Assembly: GCF_006345805.1 (NCBI RefSeq)
Contig: NC_043003.1
Span: forward strand, 44,826,001 to 44,890,000
Origin: Octopus sinensis
Taxonomy: Eukaryota
DNA: 64,000 bases
Direction of reading: 5' to 3'
The notes below the pieces were generated by a model. The model was given only the letters and a program-made list of their open reading frames with translations. It was not told the DNA's origin and did not search any database. The translations under genes and the position numbers were made by a program. Positions 37,063 to 48,900 of the stretch are shown piece by piece. Numbering within the stretch: the first letter of the stretch is position 1; every line of letters starts with the position of its first letter.

Positions 37063-37436
37063 CTAGCAGTATCGCCCGGCGTTGCTCAGGTTTGTAAGGG
37101 AAATAACTATAAAGCATTTTTAGAGAGTTATAGCCAAAAATGGAAAAAAAATGATGGTAAATTTTTTTTTTGAGAGTAATAAAAGGTTGAGTTGCGTCCC
37201 CTAGACAGTCTGTGGTTTGTTTTTTTTATTCTCGACCCCATGTCGAATTTATCGATTTTTTTCAGAACTGGGGGAACTTTTCAAAATTTTCGCTGCGTTA
37301 GTTTGAATTATGACATTGGGCTATGTGTGTGTCAAGTTTCATCAGAATCGGTTGAAAGCCGTGGTCAGGGTGAGGGTACGAGAAAACAGACACACAGAAA
37401 CACGCACAGACAAACTGCCGTTTATATAGAGAGAGA
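37063..37436 (-). mobile_element. Non-autonomous Helitron, 374 bp
   Basis: Minus strand A|TCTCTCTCTATATAAAC...GCAACGCCGGGCGATACTGCTAG|T: 5' TC, 3' CTAG, A-T target, no TSD. Absent from the right arm. Confidence 0.85.
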
Positions 37437-37520
37437 TCTTATAATGATATATTATAAGATAATATATTATAATTGAATAAAATAAAATGAAATAGTAGAA
37501 TGTTAAATATTCATTCTGAT

Positions 37521-37565
37521 TGAACTAGTACTTTCATGCATTGAATTCAGCAATCTTCGGGTTCA
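37521..37565 (-). ncRNA. Hammerhead-like motif in left pLTR arm
   Basis: UGAAC CCGAAGA UUGCUGAAUUCAAUGCAU GAAA GUAC UA GUUCA. Confidence 0.55.
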
Positions 37566-38051
37566 TGTAGTAGTGTTGACAGTCATGCTTCACAATTTTT
37601 GACTGTAGCAAGATGATTGATTCTGTGCTATAAATACAGCTGGGAGAGGCTCCAGGTGCTAGGTTTTGCAAACTGTATTCTGACCAATCAGTGTGTAGTA
37701 TCACTCAATTACTTAAGCTGATTGGTTGGTTGAGCTGATTGGTTTAGGCATCACGCTTTGTTGGACATGTCAAGAGTCCTGTATCTTGACCCTGGCCGAA
37801 GCAGCAATTGTTGGGTTATTTTTAGAAATGTTGTAAATATCCTTTGTCAGAGATTTTTATATTTCAATTGTCATCATCATCATTGTCAGCACCTTAATTA
37901 TTGTTGCTAGTGGTGATGGTGGTGGCAATAGAACTTTTAACCCTAAATAAGATAATTTTCCTGCTATCTTCATCTTGATCACCTTTAGTATTGTTGTTGT
38001 TGTTAGTGGTCATGGTCGTAGCAGTGGAAGTAATACCTCTAAGTATTATTA

Positions 38052-38375
38052 TTATTGCTTATTTAGCTTGGGTTCGAATTTATCAATAAAATTCTTTTCT
38101 CTGATTTTCCTCTCGATTTCACTTGGGCTGTGTAATTTGTAGAATGGAAATATTATATATATTTTCCGACCACATGTTGCTAGGTGGTTACTCAAAGGTA
38201 TCTGACGGACCTCTGGGTCTCTAATCTGTTGCCAGTGTACACGTGAGCGTTCTAATAGTGCGTTTCCCGTCTGACCTACATATATTTCTACCCAATTTGG
38301 GCATTTGATGCAGTAAATTAAATTTCTGCTTTTGCAGTTCATATTCGCGTTTGTGAATATTTTCCCGGTTTTTGT
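38052..38375 (-). pseudogene. PLE GIY-YIG endonuclease fragment
   Basis: TKTGKIFTNANMNCKSRNLIYCIKCPNWVEIYVGQT...HWQQIRD...HLATC...FIDKFEPKLN. Collinear with the endonuclease of the 3610-5160 ORF. Confidence 0.9.
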
Positions 38376-38802
38376 GTTATATATAATATTTCCATTCTAC
38401 AAATTACAGCCCAAGTGTAATCGAGAGGAAAATCAGAGAAAAGAATTTTATTGATAAATTCGAACCCAAGCTAAATAAGCAATAATAATAATACTTAGAG
38501 GTATTACTTCCACTGCTACGACCATGACCACTAACAACAACAACAATACTAAAGGTGATCAAGATGAAGATAGCAGGAAAATTATCTTATTTAGGGTTAA
38601 AAGTTCTATTGCCACCACCATCACCACTAGCAACAATAATTAAGGTGCTGACAATGATGATGATGCCAATTGAAATATAAAAATATAAAAATCTCTGACA
38701 AAGGATATTTACAACATTTCTAAAAATAACCCAACAATTGCTGCTTCGGCCAGGGTCAAGATACAGGACTCTTGACATGTCCAACAAAGCGTGATGCCTA
38801 AA

Positions 38803-38945
38803 CCAATCAGCTCAACCAACCAATCAGCTTAAGTAATTGAGTGATACTACACACTGATTGGTCAGAATACAGTTTGCAAAACCTAGCACTCTGGAGCATC
38901 TCCCAGCTGTATTTATAGCACAGAATCAATCATCTTGCTACAGTC
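38803..38945 (+). promoter_or_regulatory. Candidate Pol II promoter in pLTR (sense orientation)
   Basis: CCAAT at 38803 and 38820, ATTGG at 38857, TATTTATA at 38910-38917, Inr-like ctacAgtc with A at 38942 (32 nt from TATA start). Confidence 0.5.
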
Positions 38946-38980
38946 AAAAATTGTGAAGCATGACTGTCAACACTACTACA

Positions 38981-39025
38981 TGAACCCGAAGATTGCAGAA
39001 TTCAATGCATGAAAGTACTAGTTCA
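38981..39025 (+). ncRNA. Hammerhead-like motif in right pLTR arm
   Basis: UGAAC CCGAAGA U UGCA GAAUUCAA UGCA U GAAA GUAC UA GUUCA. 5-bp stem I, palindromic AGUACU stem III, U4 replaced by C. Confidence 0.55.
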
Positions 39026-39185
39026 ATCAGAATGAATATTTAACATTCTACTATTTCATTTTATTTTATTCAATTATAATATATTATCTTATAATATATC
39101 ATTATAAGATAGTAAATAAAACGTGATAATCAGACAAGGTTGGAATTCTTTTTATTGATATATATATATATATATACATATATAC

Positions 39186-39348
39186 AACTGGCTTCTTTCA
39201 GTTTCCGTCTAACTAATCCACTCACAAGGCTTAGTCGGCCCGAGGCTATAGTACAAGTCACTCGCCCAAGGTGCCACGCAGTGGGACTGAACCAGGAACT
39301 ATGTGGTTCGTAAGCAACTTACTTACCACACTGCCGCTCCTACGCCTA
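39186..39348 (-). mobile_element. SINE family B, 5' half
   Basis: Reverse complement of ggcgtaggagcggcagtgtggtaagtaagttgcttacgaaccacatagttcctggttcagtcccactgcgtggcacc. Confidence 0.85.
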
Positions 39349-42300
39349 TAGTACATCCTATGTACTTTTCCATTATTTAACTTCCTGAGGAGTACCACTG
39401 GCTCTCACCTCATCACGCATTCGCATTCCCACTAACCACCAAACGGTTAAACTCTCACATCAACGACCCACACTGCCACTAGCTAAGACTGTAATTCTTC
39501 TGTATTGCATACCTCTATATTTACCCCTTATTCATGCTTACAGACACACACACACACATACACTCTCACGCGCTAACACAGACATATAAAAACTCACGGA
39601 CGCGCGACGCGCGCGCACACACACACACGCCTACAGTTATATTAGTTTCAGTTCATTTTACACAACCGCTTCCTACTCCGTTCGTAACTAGTTCCATACA
39701 ACAACATTCCTACTGGGTTTTTAAATCTTTACCTGTTCATTTTCACCTCCGCCTGTTCTTCGCCTGTTCTTCGCCTATACTTTCTTTTGACTAATATCCT
39801 ACCTCAAAACCTACAGACACTCCTTTTTGCAATTTATGCATTGTAAAATTGCGTAATTTGGCAATCGTTGCACTTCCTGTGTTGTATATTTTTGGTTCAT
39901 TGTATTTATACTGCATAGGTATGTGAATGTTTTCGCGTATAAGTGTGTGTCTGCGTGTGTGTGAGTGAGTGTGTGCATGTGTGTTAGTGTGTGCGTGTGT
40001 GTTTGGAAACTGAAATTTTGCACAAAACAATCAATTACCTGAATGCATTCTGCCAGTGAGATGAACTTATTTTCAAAGAGAAACGGTAAAGAATGATCTC
40101 GAGGTTTATATGTATCAGCGACTCCATGAAATTGAAATATACGAATTTAGCATTACTGTAATCCTGGTATATCTTTTGCAAAATCTTTTTGATTGATATG
40201 CGTTCCAAATTTCTAATCTTCTTAAATAACTGTCGAACTTTGAAATGTAATTAAACTGGGTTTCGAAGTTGAACGATAATTGTTGTATTCTCACTCACTA
40301 TGCACGCAGGACAATATCTTCTAATTATTTTCTTTCACAGTTCTACATACCCATATTGTATGTCTTCTCTGCCATTGTTTTGTTATACGACGGCGATGAA
40401 TAATATCTCAATGAGTTTCTTCGGGCGAGAATACTTCTCTTCATTTGTCTTCTGTTCACCTAACAGGAAATAACTTAGAAATAACTTATCTCCGGCGTTT
40501 TGCAATCCATTAACTGATCAGCCCATATCTATGTATTCAGGAACGATGGCATGTTGGAATTTATTTTTATTCAAATATTAACGAAATTATTTCTATGGCT
40601 TCGCGTCTTGATATCACATTCTTCATACTCCGAGTAGATACCTTTTATCAATAATGTCTCTCTCATGTCAGCAATATTCGGATAAATAACACATACAACA
40701 AGCATGATGTTGCATATTTCTGTAACATGTATTGTATACTTCCTTATCAATGCATCTCGACATCTATCATCTCTGGTGTAGATATTCTACAAAGCATTTG
40801 AAATATATTGTGGTATATGTTATTGTGTTTCCATGAAAATCTGAAGCCAGAAATACTTTAGATTATAATTATAATTATAATTATATAATTATATAATAAT
40901 AATAATTATTATTATTATATCAATATTATCTAGTTTACTTTAATAAATTTATAGTATAGTCTTTTTTGCTGTATTTGAATGTTGTTGTTTTCGTCACAAC
41001 CTTTTTTGAGGGACCTTTTTTGCGGGACATTATACTTTGGATTAGGTCGACTCCTATGCTTAATTATTTGCGTATTTCTAAAGAAAGGATGAAATGCAAA
41101 TGTTATTTAGGTTGAATTCAAATTAAGAAGAATAAAATGCAGAATGATTCCGAGTAGACTGAATCTAATGATACAATGGTGATCCAGGCACCTCATAGAT
41201 GTCAGTCAGATACATGTTTCGTATGTATCTGACTGAGTGATCTGCACCTGACATCAGGAATGGTATTGTAACATTTTTTAATCCACAAAGTAGCTCTAGA
41301 TTCGTTGTATTCTTTGATCATCTGAAATCATTTCAAGCCATTACGCATTCTCTAGCATTGTTAAATAGCGAATGTTTTCCCTGGACGAAGAGAACGTTTT
41401 AGGTGGTTGATTTATTACTCTGTCAAATGATGCTCAATAGTAAAGTGGAGATATTTTGCATCAACAGCTACTTTACTTGCCGTAGTTTGATGAATGTGTT
41501 TCTGGAATCAATTCTAATGAGCAATTGCGAGGAATATAACTCATATGCTATACTCGGCACTGAATCGTAAGTACATAGTACTTACAGAAATTCCATCGGG
41601 CATGATGTTAACACACACAGCGGAACCGTTTGCTCCTTGTTGCGAGAATAAACACAGATCAACAAAATTGCTCTCGAGACTGGTGTCTAGTGTCTTAAAA
41701 TTTTCGACTTTATAATTATATCTAACAAATTTTGTTACAATTACAACATACACATTACACCAGCTACCCCAATTGAGAAATGTACACTCTATCTTTTGTT
41801 TTTAATATTCTTTTTTTTTTAATTATCCTTTAATAACTGAAATGAATAGGCTAGCAGATTCTCGGGGCAATTAGCAAAACAGGTAGACTACTGGACAAGT
41901 TAATAATTACTAGTATCCTAAAATCTCAATAAACGTTCATAAGATTCTTGCATAGTACAGGACAGTGCTTTTTGGCAGGTCATCAATACATGTCTTAATT
42001 AAATGATCCTTCAGTTCTTAGTTGTTGCATTAAGTGCAAACTTTCCTAAATCAAGAAACCATATGTATTTATGTACTTCATCCAAAATAGTTTAAAATAG
42101 AAGTATGTTTTAAAAAAGCAGTCGCTTACCACTCCACAGTGATTTTATACATCACATCTGACCCGCAATTCCACTGTACCATGTACTTACAGTTCAGCTT
42201 TGATCAAAGCATTCTAAATTTCATGTCATTCTTAATAGTCGGCAGTTGCCCGTAAGTATTTTTATATGAGAAATCCATTAATAGAACTCCGGTAAGAAAA

Positions 42301-42619
42301 ACAGCCATGGCTAAGAAACATAAATTCAGGTTGCCACATATTTGTGTCTTGCCCCCTTTTAACATGTTCGATAAACAATGCACCATTAGTATTGATGAGA
42401 GGGAGTACTGAATCCGATGAGAAAGTAGATTATCTTTATAGTTTGGTGTAACGACCATTTAACTTCAACGGACATTTGATTTCGAAGTATAACAATTTTA
42501 ATATATATATATATAACAATTTTAATATATATATATATATATATAGCTGAAACTCACTTTTTACTTTATACTGTATGTAATTTAGAAACGCTTACTATAT
42601 CAATGAAAACAATATGAAC

Positions 42620-42800
42620 AACTAAATGGGGAAAATATTTTAACTATCTCACAGAATATGCTAAAAGTATGGACTATTTCATTTATAGTCAGTCGCCTGT
42701 TATCCGTAACCATATGTTGAACATGATCATTGTTTTGCCTCAGTGGTGGCACTTGCATGACCTCCAGAACTTGGGTCATGTTCACGAATCTCCCTTCCCA
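42620..42800 (-). pseudogene. Mariner transposase N-terminal (HTH) fragment
   Basis: HVQHMVTDNRRLTINEIVHTFSI resembles the mariner V..DRRLTIREIA motif. Confidence 0.6.
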
Positions 42801-43080
42801 TCTAATTCAGCTGCCCACTTTTGCATTGTTGATAATGCGGGAACGTCATCCTGTAATGTAGTGACTATGTCAGCATGAGTATCCTTGCGGTTTAAACACT
42901 TCTTCTGCAGGTACTTGATAACATCACGATGTCAAACGTGTTTCCATTTTCAAGAGAGTTTGCTATTAGCTACTTTATAACACGTTTGAACAGATGTCAA
43001 TTTACCTAAAAGAAACAATATAATTATTAGTAAGAAGTGTTAGAAGATTTAGAAAATAAAAGAAAAGCTGGCCATCCATA

Positions 43081-43251
43081 GGCGCAGGAGTGGCTGTGTG
43101 GTAAGTAGCTTGCTAACCAACCACATGGTTCCGGGTTCTGTCCCACTGCGTGGCATCTTGGGCAAGTGTCTTCTGCTATAGCCTCGGGACGACCAAAGCC
43201 TTGTGAGTGGATTTGGTAGACGGAAACTGAAAGAAGCATGTCGTGTATATG

Positions 43252-43284
<33 letters not shown>

Positions 43285-43497
43285 TTTTGTATATGCTTGT
43301 GTGTCTGCGTTTGTCCCTCTAGCATTGCTTGACAACCGATGTTGGTGTGTTTACGTCCCCGTCACTTACCGGTTCGGCAAAAGAGACCGATAGAATAAGT
43401 ACTGGGCTTACAAAAAATAAGTCCCGGGGTCGAATTGCTCGACTAAAATCGGTGCTCCAGCATGGCCGCAGTCAAATGACTGAAACAAGTAAAAGAG
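43081..43497 (+). mobile_element. Full-length tRNA-derived SINE (family B) with internal microsatellite
   Basis: ggcgcaggagtggctgtgtggtaag (A box), ggttctgtccc (B box), central (TA)n(TG)n, 3' end cagtcaaatgactgaaacaagtaaaaga. Confidence 0.92.
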
Positions 43498-43505
43498 AAA
43501 GAGAG

Positions 43506-44328
43506 ATTCATGTTTACATAAACGCAATAACACAAAATATTTTTTGTTAAAAAGAATTAAATTTCAGTTCAATACACGCTGTTTGGTATTTGTTTTGTTT
43601 TCTAGTGTGATGGCACTTGAGTCTGCAGCAAGCCATCTTTATGACTGTATTATTTGCATGAGTAGATCCTCAAAATACACATGACTTATTGATAAATTAT
43701 TATAGAAGTAATTTCATCAGTCCTTCCTTATGGGCTTTTGAATATTTCATCCCAACATCATACTTTTGAAGAATTCAGTAAACAAAACAAGTACTTAACA
43801 CCTAAATTAATAGAAAACCTCAACGCTGATATTTACCTGAACGAAATACAGTCTAAATCCTCGTCAAATCGCATCTATTGTCTTAAACAACACAGGATAT
43901 ATATAAGATACTGCTAAATATAGCATGGCTGAGAAATATTGGATCATCATATATTAAACGGCTATGATCATCTCTCTTGTTTATGTGAGCAAATTCAAGT
44001 TAAAAACCGATTTAGCTTATAGGCTGATGTAGGAGTTTATCAAGAAAATCATTATAATGTTTCACATTACAGTCTAAGTCACTTCATATCAGAAATTCCC
44101 ACGCAGCTATTAAATTATGGATTTCTCTATATAATAATTTCTTAATAAGTCATGTGTAGTTTAAAGATCTGCTCATGCAAACAATACAGTCATAAAGATG
44201 GCTTGCTGCTGATTGAAGTGCCAACATACTAGAAAACAACACAAATACGAAACAGTGTGTATTGAACTGAAATTTAATCCTTTGCTAACAAAAATATTTT
44301 GTGTTGTTTCGTTTATTTAAACATGAAT
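43506..44328. mobile_element. Foldback/MITE-like element with ~200 bp imperfect terminal inverted repeats
   Basis: attcatgttta..aacacaaaatatt...aaatttcagttcaatacac...gcaagccatctttatgactgtatt...gacttatt (43506-~43700) recurs reverse-complemented at ~44130-44328. Confidence 0.8.
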
Positions 44329-44903
44329 GGCCATCTTTTCTTTTATTTTCTAAATCTTTGTACGTTTGCCTTTTATAATTTTTGATAATTTGTTATTTTT
44401 TTTTTCCTGTGAAATGTTTTTGGTTGGCTACGAACATTTCAAACGCACCAATTGTGAAGGGGAAAAACCTATCGAGAAAGGAAGGTTAATCTTGATATGG
44501 AAAATAAGTGAATATGAGTTGCGTTGAAAACCATGAACCTTCCGGGGTAAAAAATACTGAAAGAAACCACGTCTTTTATTATCATCTATTACCAATTAGT
44601 ACCAAAGAAGCAGAGAATAAAAAGAACAATTTATTATTTATTATTTTGTTATATTACATTCTGTTTTGTTTTCCATTCTATATTTTTATATTTATCTTTC
44701 TTTCTTTTAATATTTCGTAAAAGGATCGATATTAAAATATCGATTTTGTTACATCTGTTTGGAAAATGTATTATGGATTTTTACTGGGAATAATTTGCCT
44801 TGTTTCTTTCTCTTCTTTCTTCCCAATAAAACATTTCTAAAACACCATCAATAATAACATTAGAGTAACAACAACTATAACAATAATTTTAATAATGAGA
44901 ATT

Positions 44904-44904
<1 letters not shown>

Positions 44905-44953
<49 letters not shown>

Positions 44954-44963
44954 TAACAATAAC

Positions 44964-45008
<45 letters not shown>

Positions 45009-45042
45009 GAAGTTGATGACAATGTGGCGTAGGAAAAGGAGG

Positions 45043-45110
<68 letters not shown>

Positions 45111-45116
45111 ATTATT
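44905..45116. repeat. (AAT)n and (ATT)n tracts in inverted arrangement
   Basis: (AAT)n at ~44905-45007, ~40 bp spacer, (ATT)n at ~45046-45116. Confidence 0.95.
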
Positions 45117-45874
45117 GTGACAGAACTAGTGGTTGTGCTGATGATTATGTTCATGAACATCATGAGAGTGAGGAATAGAAAAAGGAGAAAGGAAGAACAA
45201 GAAGAAAGAGGAAGCGTCTGAAGAAGAGAAAGTATAATGAGGAGGAGGACGACGAAGGGAAGAAGAAAAAAATAGAAATAGAAACCGAACTACTATAAGG
45301 ACAGCAACATGAACTAAAAAAGAATGAAGAATGGCGAAAACGAAATTACATTTTGTGAAATGAATAAGGGAAATTTAATATCAACAGGAAGGGCATTCAA
45401 ACTACAGCAATTACTGAAGACTGTGATGGCTTTGAAATTTCTTTACAAACCTATTCATTTTTTTACAGTTTAAAATTTTATTAGTTGCTCTTATTGCTGC
45501 TGTTTTCCAGTTTAGCTGGCTTCTTTTTTTACAAGATATTTACAAAATTATTCGTTTGTTGTTTGTTTGTTTGCTTTTTATGTTTTCATTGCATCTTCCA
45601 ATTTTCTCTTTCTTGTTCTTATTCTTCGTCTATGTTTTCTTCGTGTCTTTAGTTTTATTATTCTACGACTTTTCTTCTATATTTTGTAATTTCTCTCTTA
45701 TTTTTCTTTCTTTCTTTCTTTCTTTCCCTCCACCCTTTTTATTCTTTGTTTCATTAATTCCTTTCTTTGTCCTCTATTCTTTTTACTTTCTCTGCTATTC
45801 CTTCTTATTTTTATTTTCTTCTGCTTTTCCTTCTTCTCTCATTTTCTACTTTTTCTTCTAGATATTATTGCTGT

Positions 45875-45876
45875 TG

Positions 45877-45968
<92 letters not shown>
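45875..45968. repeat. (TTA)n microsatellite after a pyrimidine-rich low-complexity tract
   Basis: Direct reading. Confidence 0.95.
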
Positions 45969-45969
<1 letters not shown>

Positions 45970-48900
45970 GTTCCTTATCAATTTAGTCGCTGCTGCAATT
46001 GTTTTGTTTTCTTTGTCGCTTATTCAATTATATTTGTTTTCGTTTTTAGGCGTTTTGTTTTCTTTTGGCTTTTGATGATGAAATTCATGATAATTGAGCA
46101 TAATGACAATGATGATGATAATGATAGATGAACAGGTGGAGATGCAGAGTATAGAGAACATATTTGGTGCTGGAGAATATGGTATTTACTAATGGTGGTT
46201 GTTATTGAACGTAGTGGTCGTGGTGATTGGCGCATAGCATTCATTCATTCACACATAGCTTGAAATTAGCAGCAACCTTTACTATGCTCAACACGGTAAT
46301 GTATGACAGTTTGAAGAAGTGGAATAATTACCAACGAAATAATTTAATTTCTTCCCCAGAAATATTATTACCTCTTTTAGAAAATTTATAAAACCATGTT
46401 GTAGAGTCGATCACATGTTGACATTCTTGACAAATGATTGTTCATTCTTGATACATCACAGGCATAAACTAATTTCATGGCCAAAAGTCTTAAATTTCTA
46501 ATGAAAAATCCAAATTTCTTCGATGAATATCGAAATCTAGAGAAATTAATTAAATCTACGACCAGCATTTTTTTCATAACAGTAAGTATATACATTTATG
46601 ATGCTTCAATTTAACATTATTGAAGACTATTTCTGTTCTACCAATTTTTGTCAAAAAATGGAAGTGGTCCCATATCTATTTTTGTGGCTTCTGTGAAAGA
46701 CCAACAGGAAGAGGGAAGATATTTTATGAATGTGTTACTCGCCTACATATTTACAAAATTGTAGTCTCTAAACCTCATCCAAGGACTAAGTTCTGAAATT
46801 AAGACTCTGCGAGAGATAAATTGTATCACTGCACATGAGGAAAGAAATTTCTCTCTTCGGCGTGGGTCGTGCGTAGTAAGTGTTGCTGACAAGTTCTTGA
46901 ACGCATTTGACTATGGTAGAAATCATTTACCAATATTTTCGAATCTAATTTTAAATATGAGCGGCAAAATCCTTCATCAGAAAACCATCGTAATTTATGG
47001 CATAGTTCTCTGCTTTATTTAACTGAAAACGTGCGCGATAGGAATGTAAAACATCCCATACCATCAGTTTCTAATCAATTACTACATTTTATTCTGATAA
47101 AGACATTGTTTATCTTTGTATTTCAAATATAAATCTTGGAAAAATAATATCGAATGTTGCTGCCAAGACAACTCGTAACAGATATATAGGCATAATATGA
47201 ATTTGTATTCAATACCGCTAGCGGATATATATTCAAGGGTGATCAGCTTTGTCACACATACCTCACTTTATTACACCCCACAATATCAGTCAAGCAATAT
47301 CCATTTATGTAATCGCTGGAACTGCTAGGAATACAAACAACCTTCTCAGACCATTCAGTCTGTAGCTTATTATTAAAAGAACATTATAGCCTTTTCCAGG
47401 ATAAATATTGTGTACACAGCCTAAATTTTACAGAGGCTGAATGGCTTCAAAATTTATGAACATTGTTTTCCTTAATCAGGCCTCGTCTGGTGCTAAACAA
47501 GAATAAATGCAACGTAAGAGATCATAAACATTTTCCATTTACGATTTGTACAGATAACTATGATTACTTTTTCTGTAAAATTTATTTAGTGTTAAATCTG
47601 AATTAATGAGGAGACATCATTGAAATGAAGCTTATTACAGCTTTCCTAATATTTGTAGTATCATAGAGTGTTCGAGAATTGTCGCGTACTCTCTGATATA
47701 CGAGACAAAATCCTAACAGAACAATACTAAGTATATTTACGTAAACATAAACAGGTAACTTAACATTTCTCGTGTAGGGAACATATTATTAACAATGATC
47801 GATTATGTTTTCCTATCCAATCATTGAAAACAACACTGTATAACATGCCAATTAGTGTTGTAATATGATAGAAATATAATGAATACGAGCAAATGCAGGT
47901 AACACCTATGATGGTAAGGTGAAAACAGCATTTCGTTAAATGAGATTAGAGTATGGTTTTTAACGTATTTTTGTATAAAATATTTCAGTGCGTTAAATAA
48001 CTCCTTGATAATATACAGATTTTACAACAATTAAATGTGCTGAAAATTCTAGAAGAAAGAAATTGCAAGTAAAGAAATTAAAATAAAAATTCGTGAACAG
48101 GATGAAGGTTTCCTACTGAAAGGTTTCAAAGTGTGCTCTGGCAGTGAGTTAGATTGAAATCTCTTGTGAAGTGATTATATAAAATGTGAATATTCTCTAC
48201 TAGCGTGAACGGCGGATGTGTGTATGGTTATGCACGTCAACGTTAATGTATAGGCTCGTCTATATATTCCAGATGATAGATTTGTACATAAATCCGTAGA
48301 TATGCAAGCATAGCTATGTTTAAACCCTTTTGTATGAAGTTGTGTCGTACACTGAAAGTGAATAGTACGCTCTAAAATTAAAAAATCAAGCCAAAATCAC
48401 ATTTTTACCTCTTAAGCTCCTTAACATTGAATCCCCACCTCTACCTCCATTCAGTGAAAATAGGTATCCATTTATTAAATTTACCTCTAAATTTAACTCT
48501 GTAAATTACTTACCAATAAAATAACATTCTATTTCTTGGAGAATTGAAACGTACATTCTGTATGTAAAATCAGTGAGATTGTGATTAAATGCAAAAGAAT
48601 ATGTGTTCGAAAAAGACATATACATACATGCAATAAACATACGGTGATATTAATTATGTCCACTTAACCTGCTAGCTCCCTGGAAGATAATTTGTACACC
48701 GCCCCGCTCCCTTCTTAACAGATAATACATGTATGGACCTAATCTAATTTCATTTATTATTAACCGGTATCGCTTTTCAAACTGAATGCGTTGGCAGAGT
48801 AAGTCAACCTCCGTAGGACATATTTTCCTGTGCTTCATAAAAACAGTCGAATAACCACATGCAAGCATTGGCAACAGGATACACTTACTGAGTTCTTGAC

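Larger units (their letters stand above)
37012..39160 (-). mobile_element. 5'-truncated PLE with inverted pseudo-LTR (~780 bp arms, 216 bp spacer)
   Basis: Left arm 37012-38161 (minus the Helitron) is the reverse complement of right arm 38378-39160, with few differences. The spacer encodes the GIY-YIG start. Both outer ends abut TA/TG microsatellites. Confidence 0.88.
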
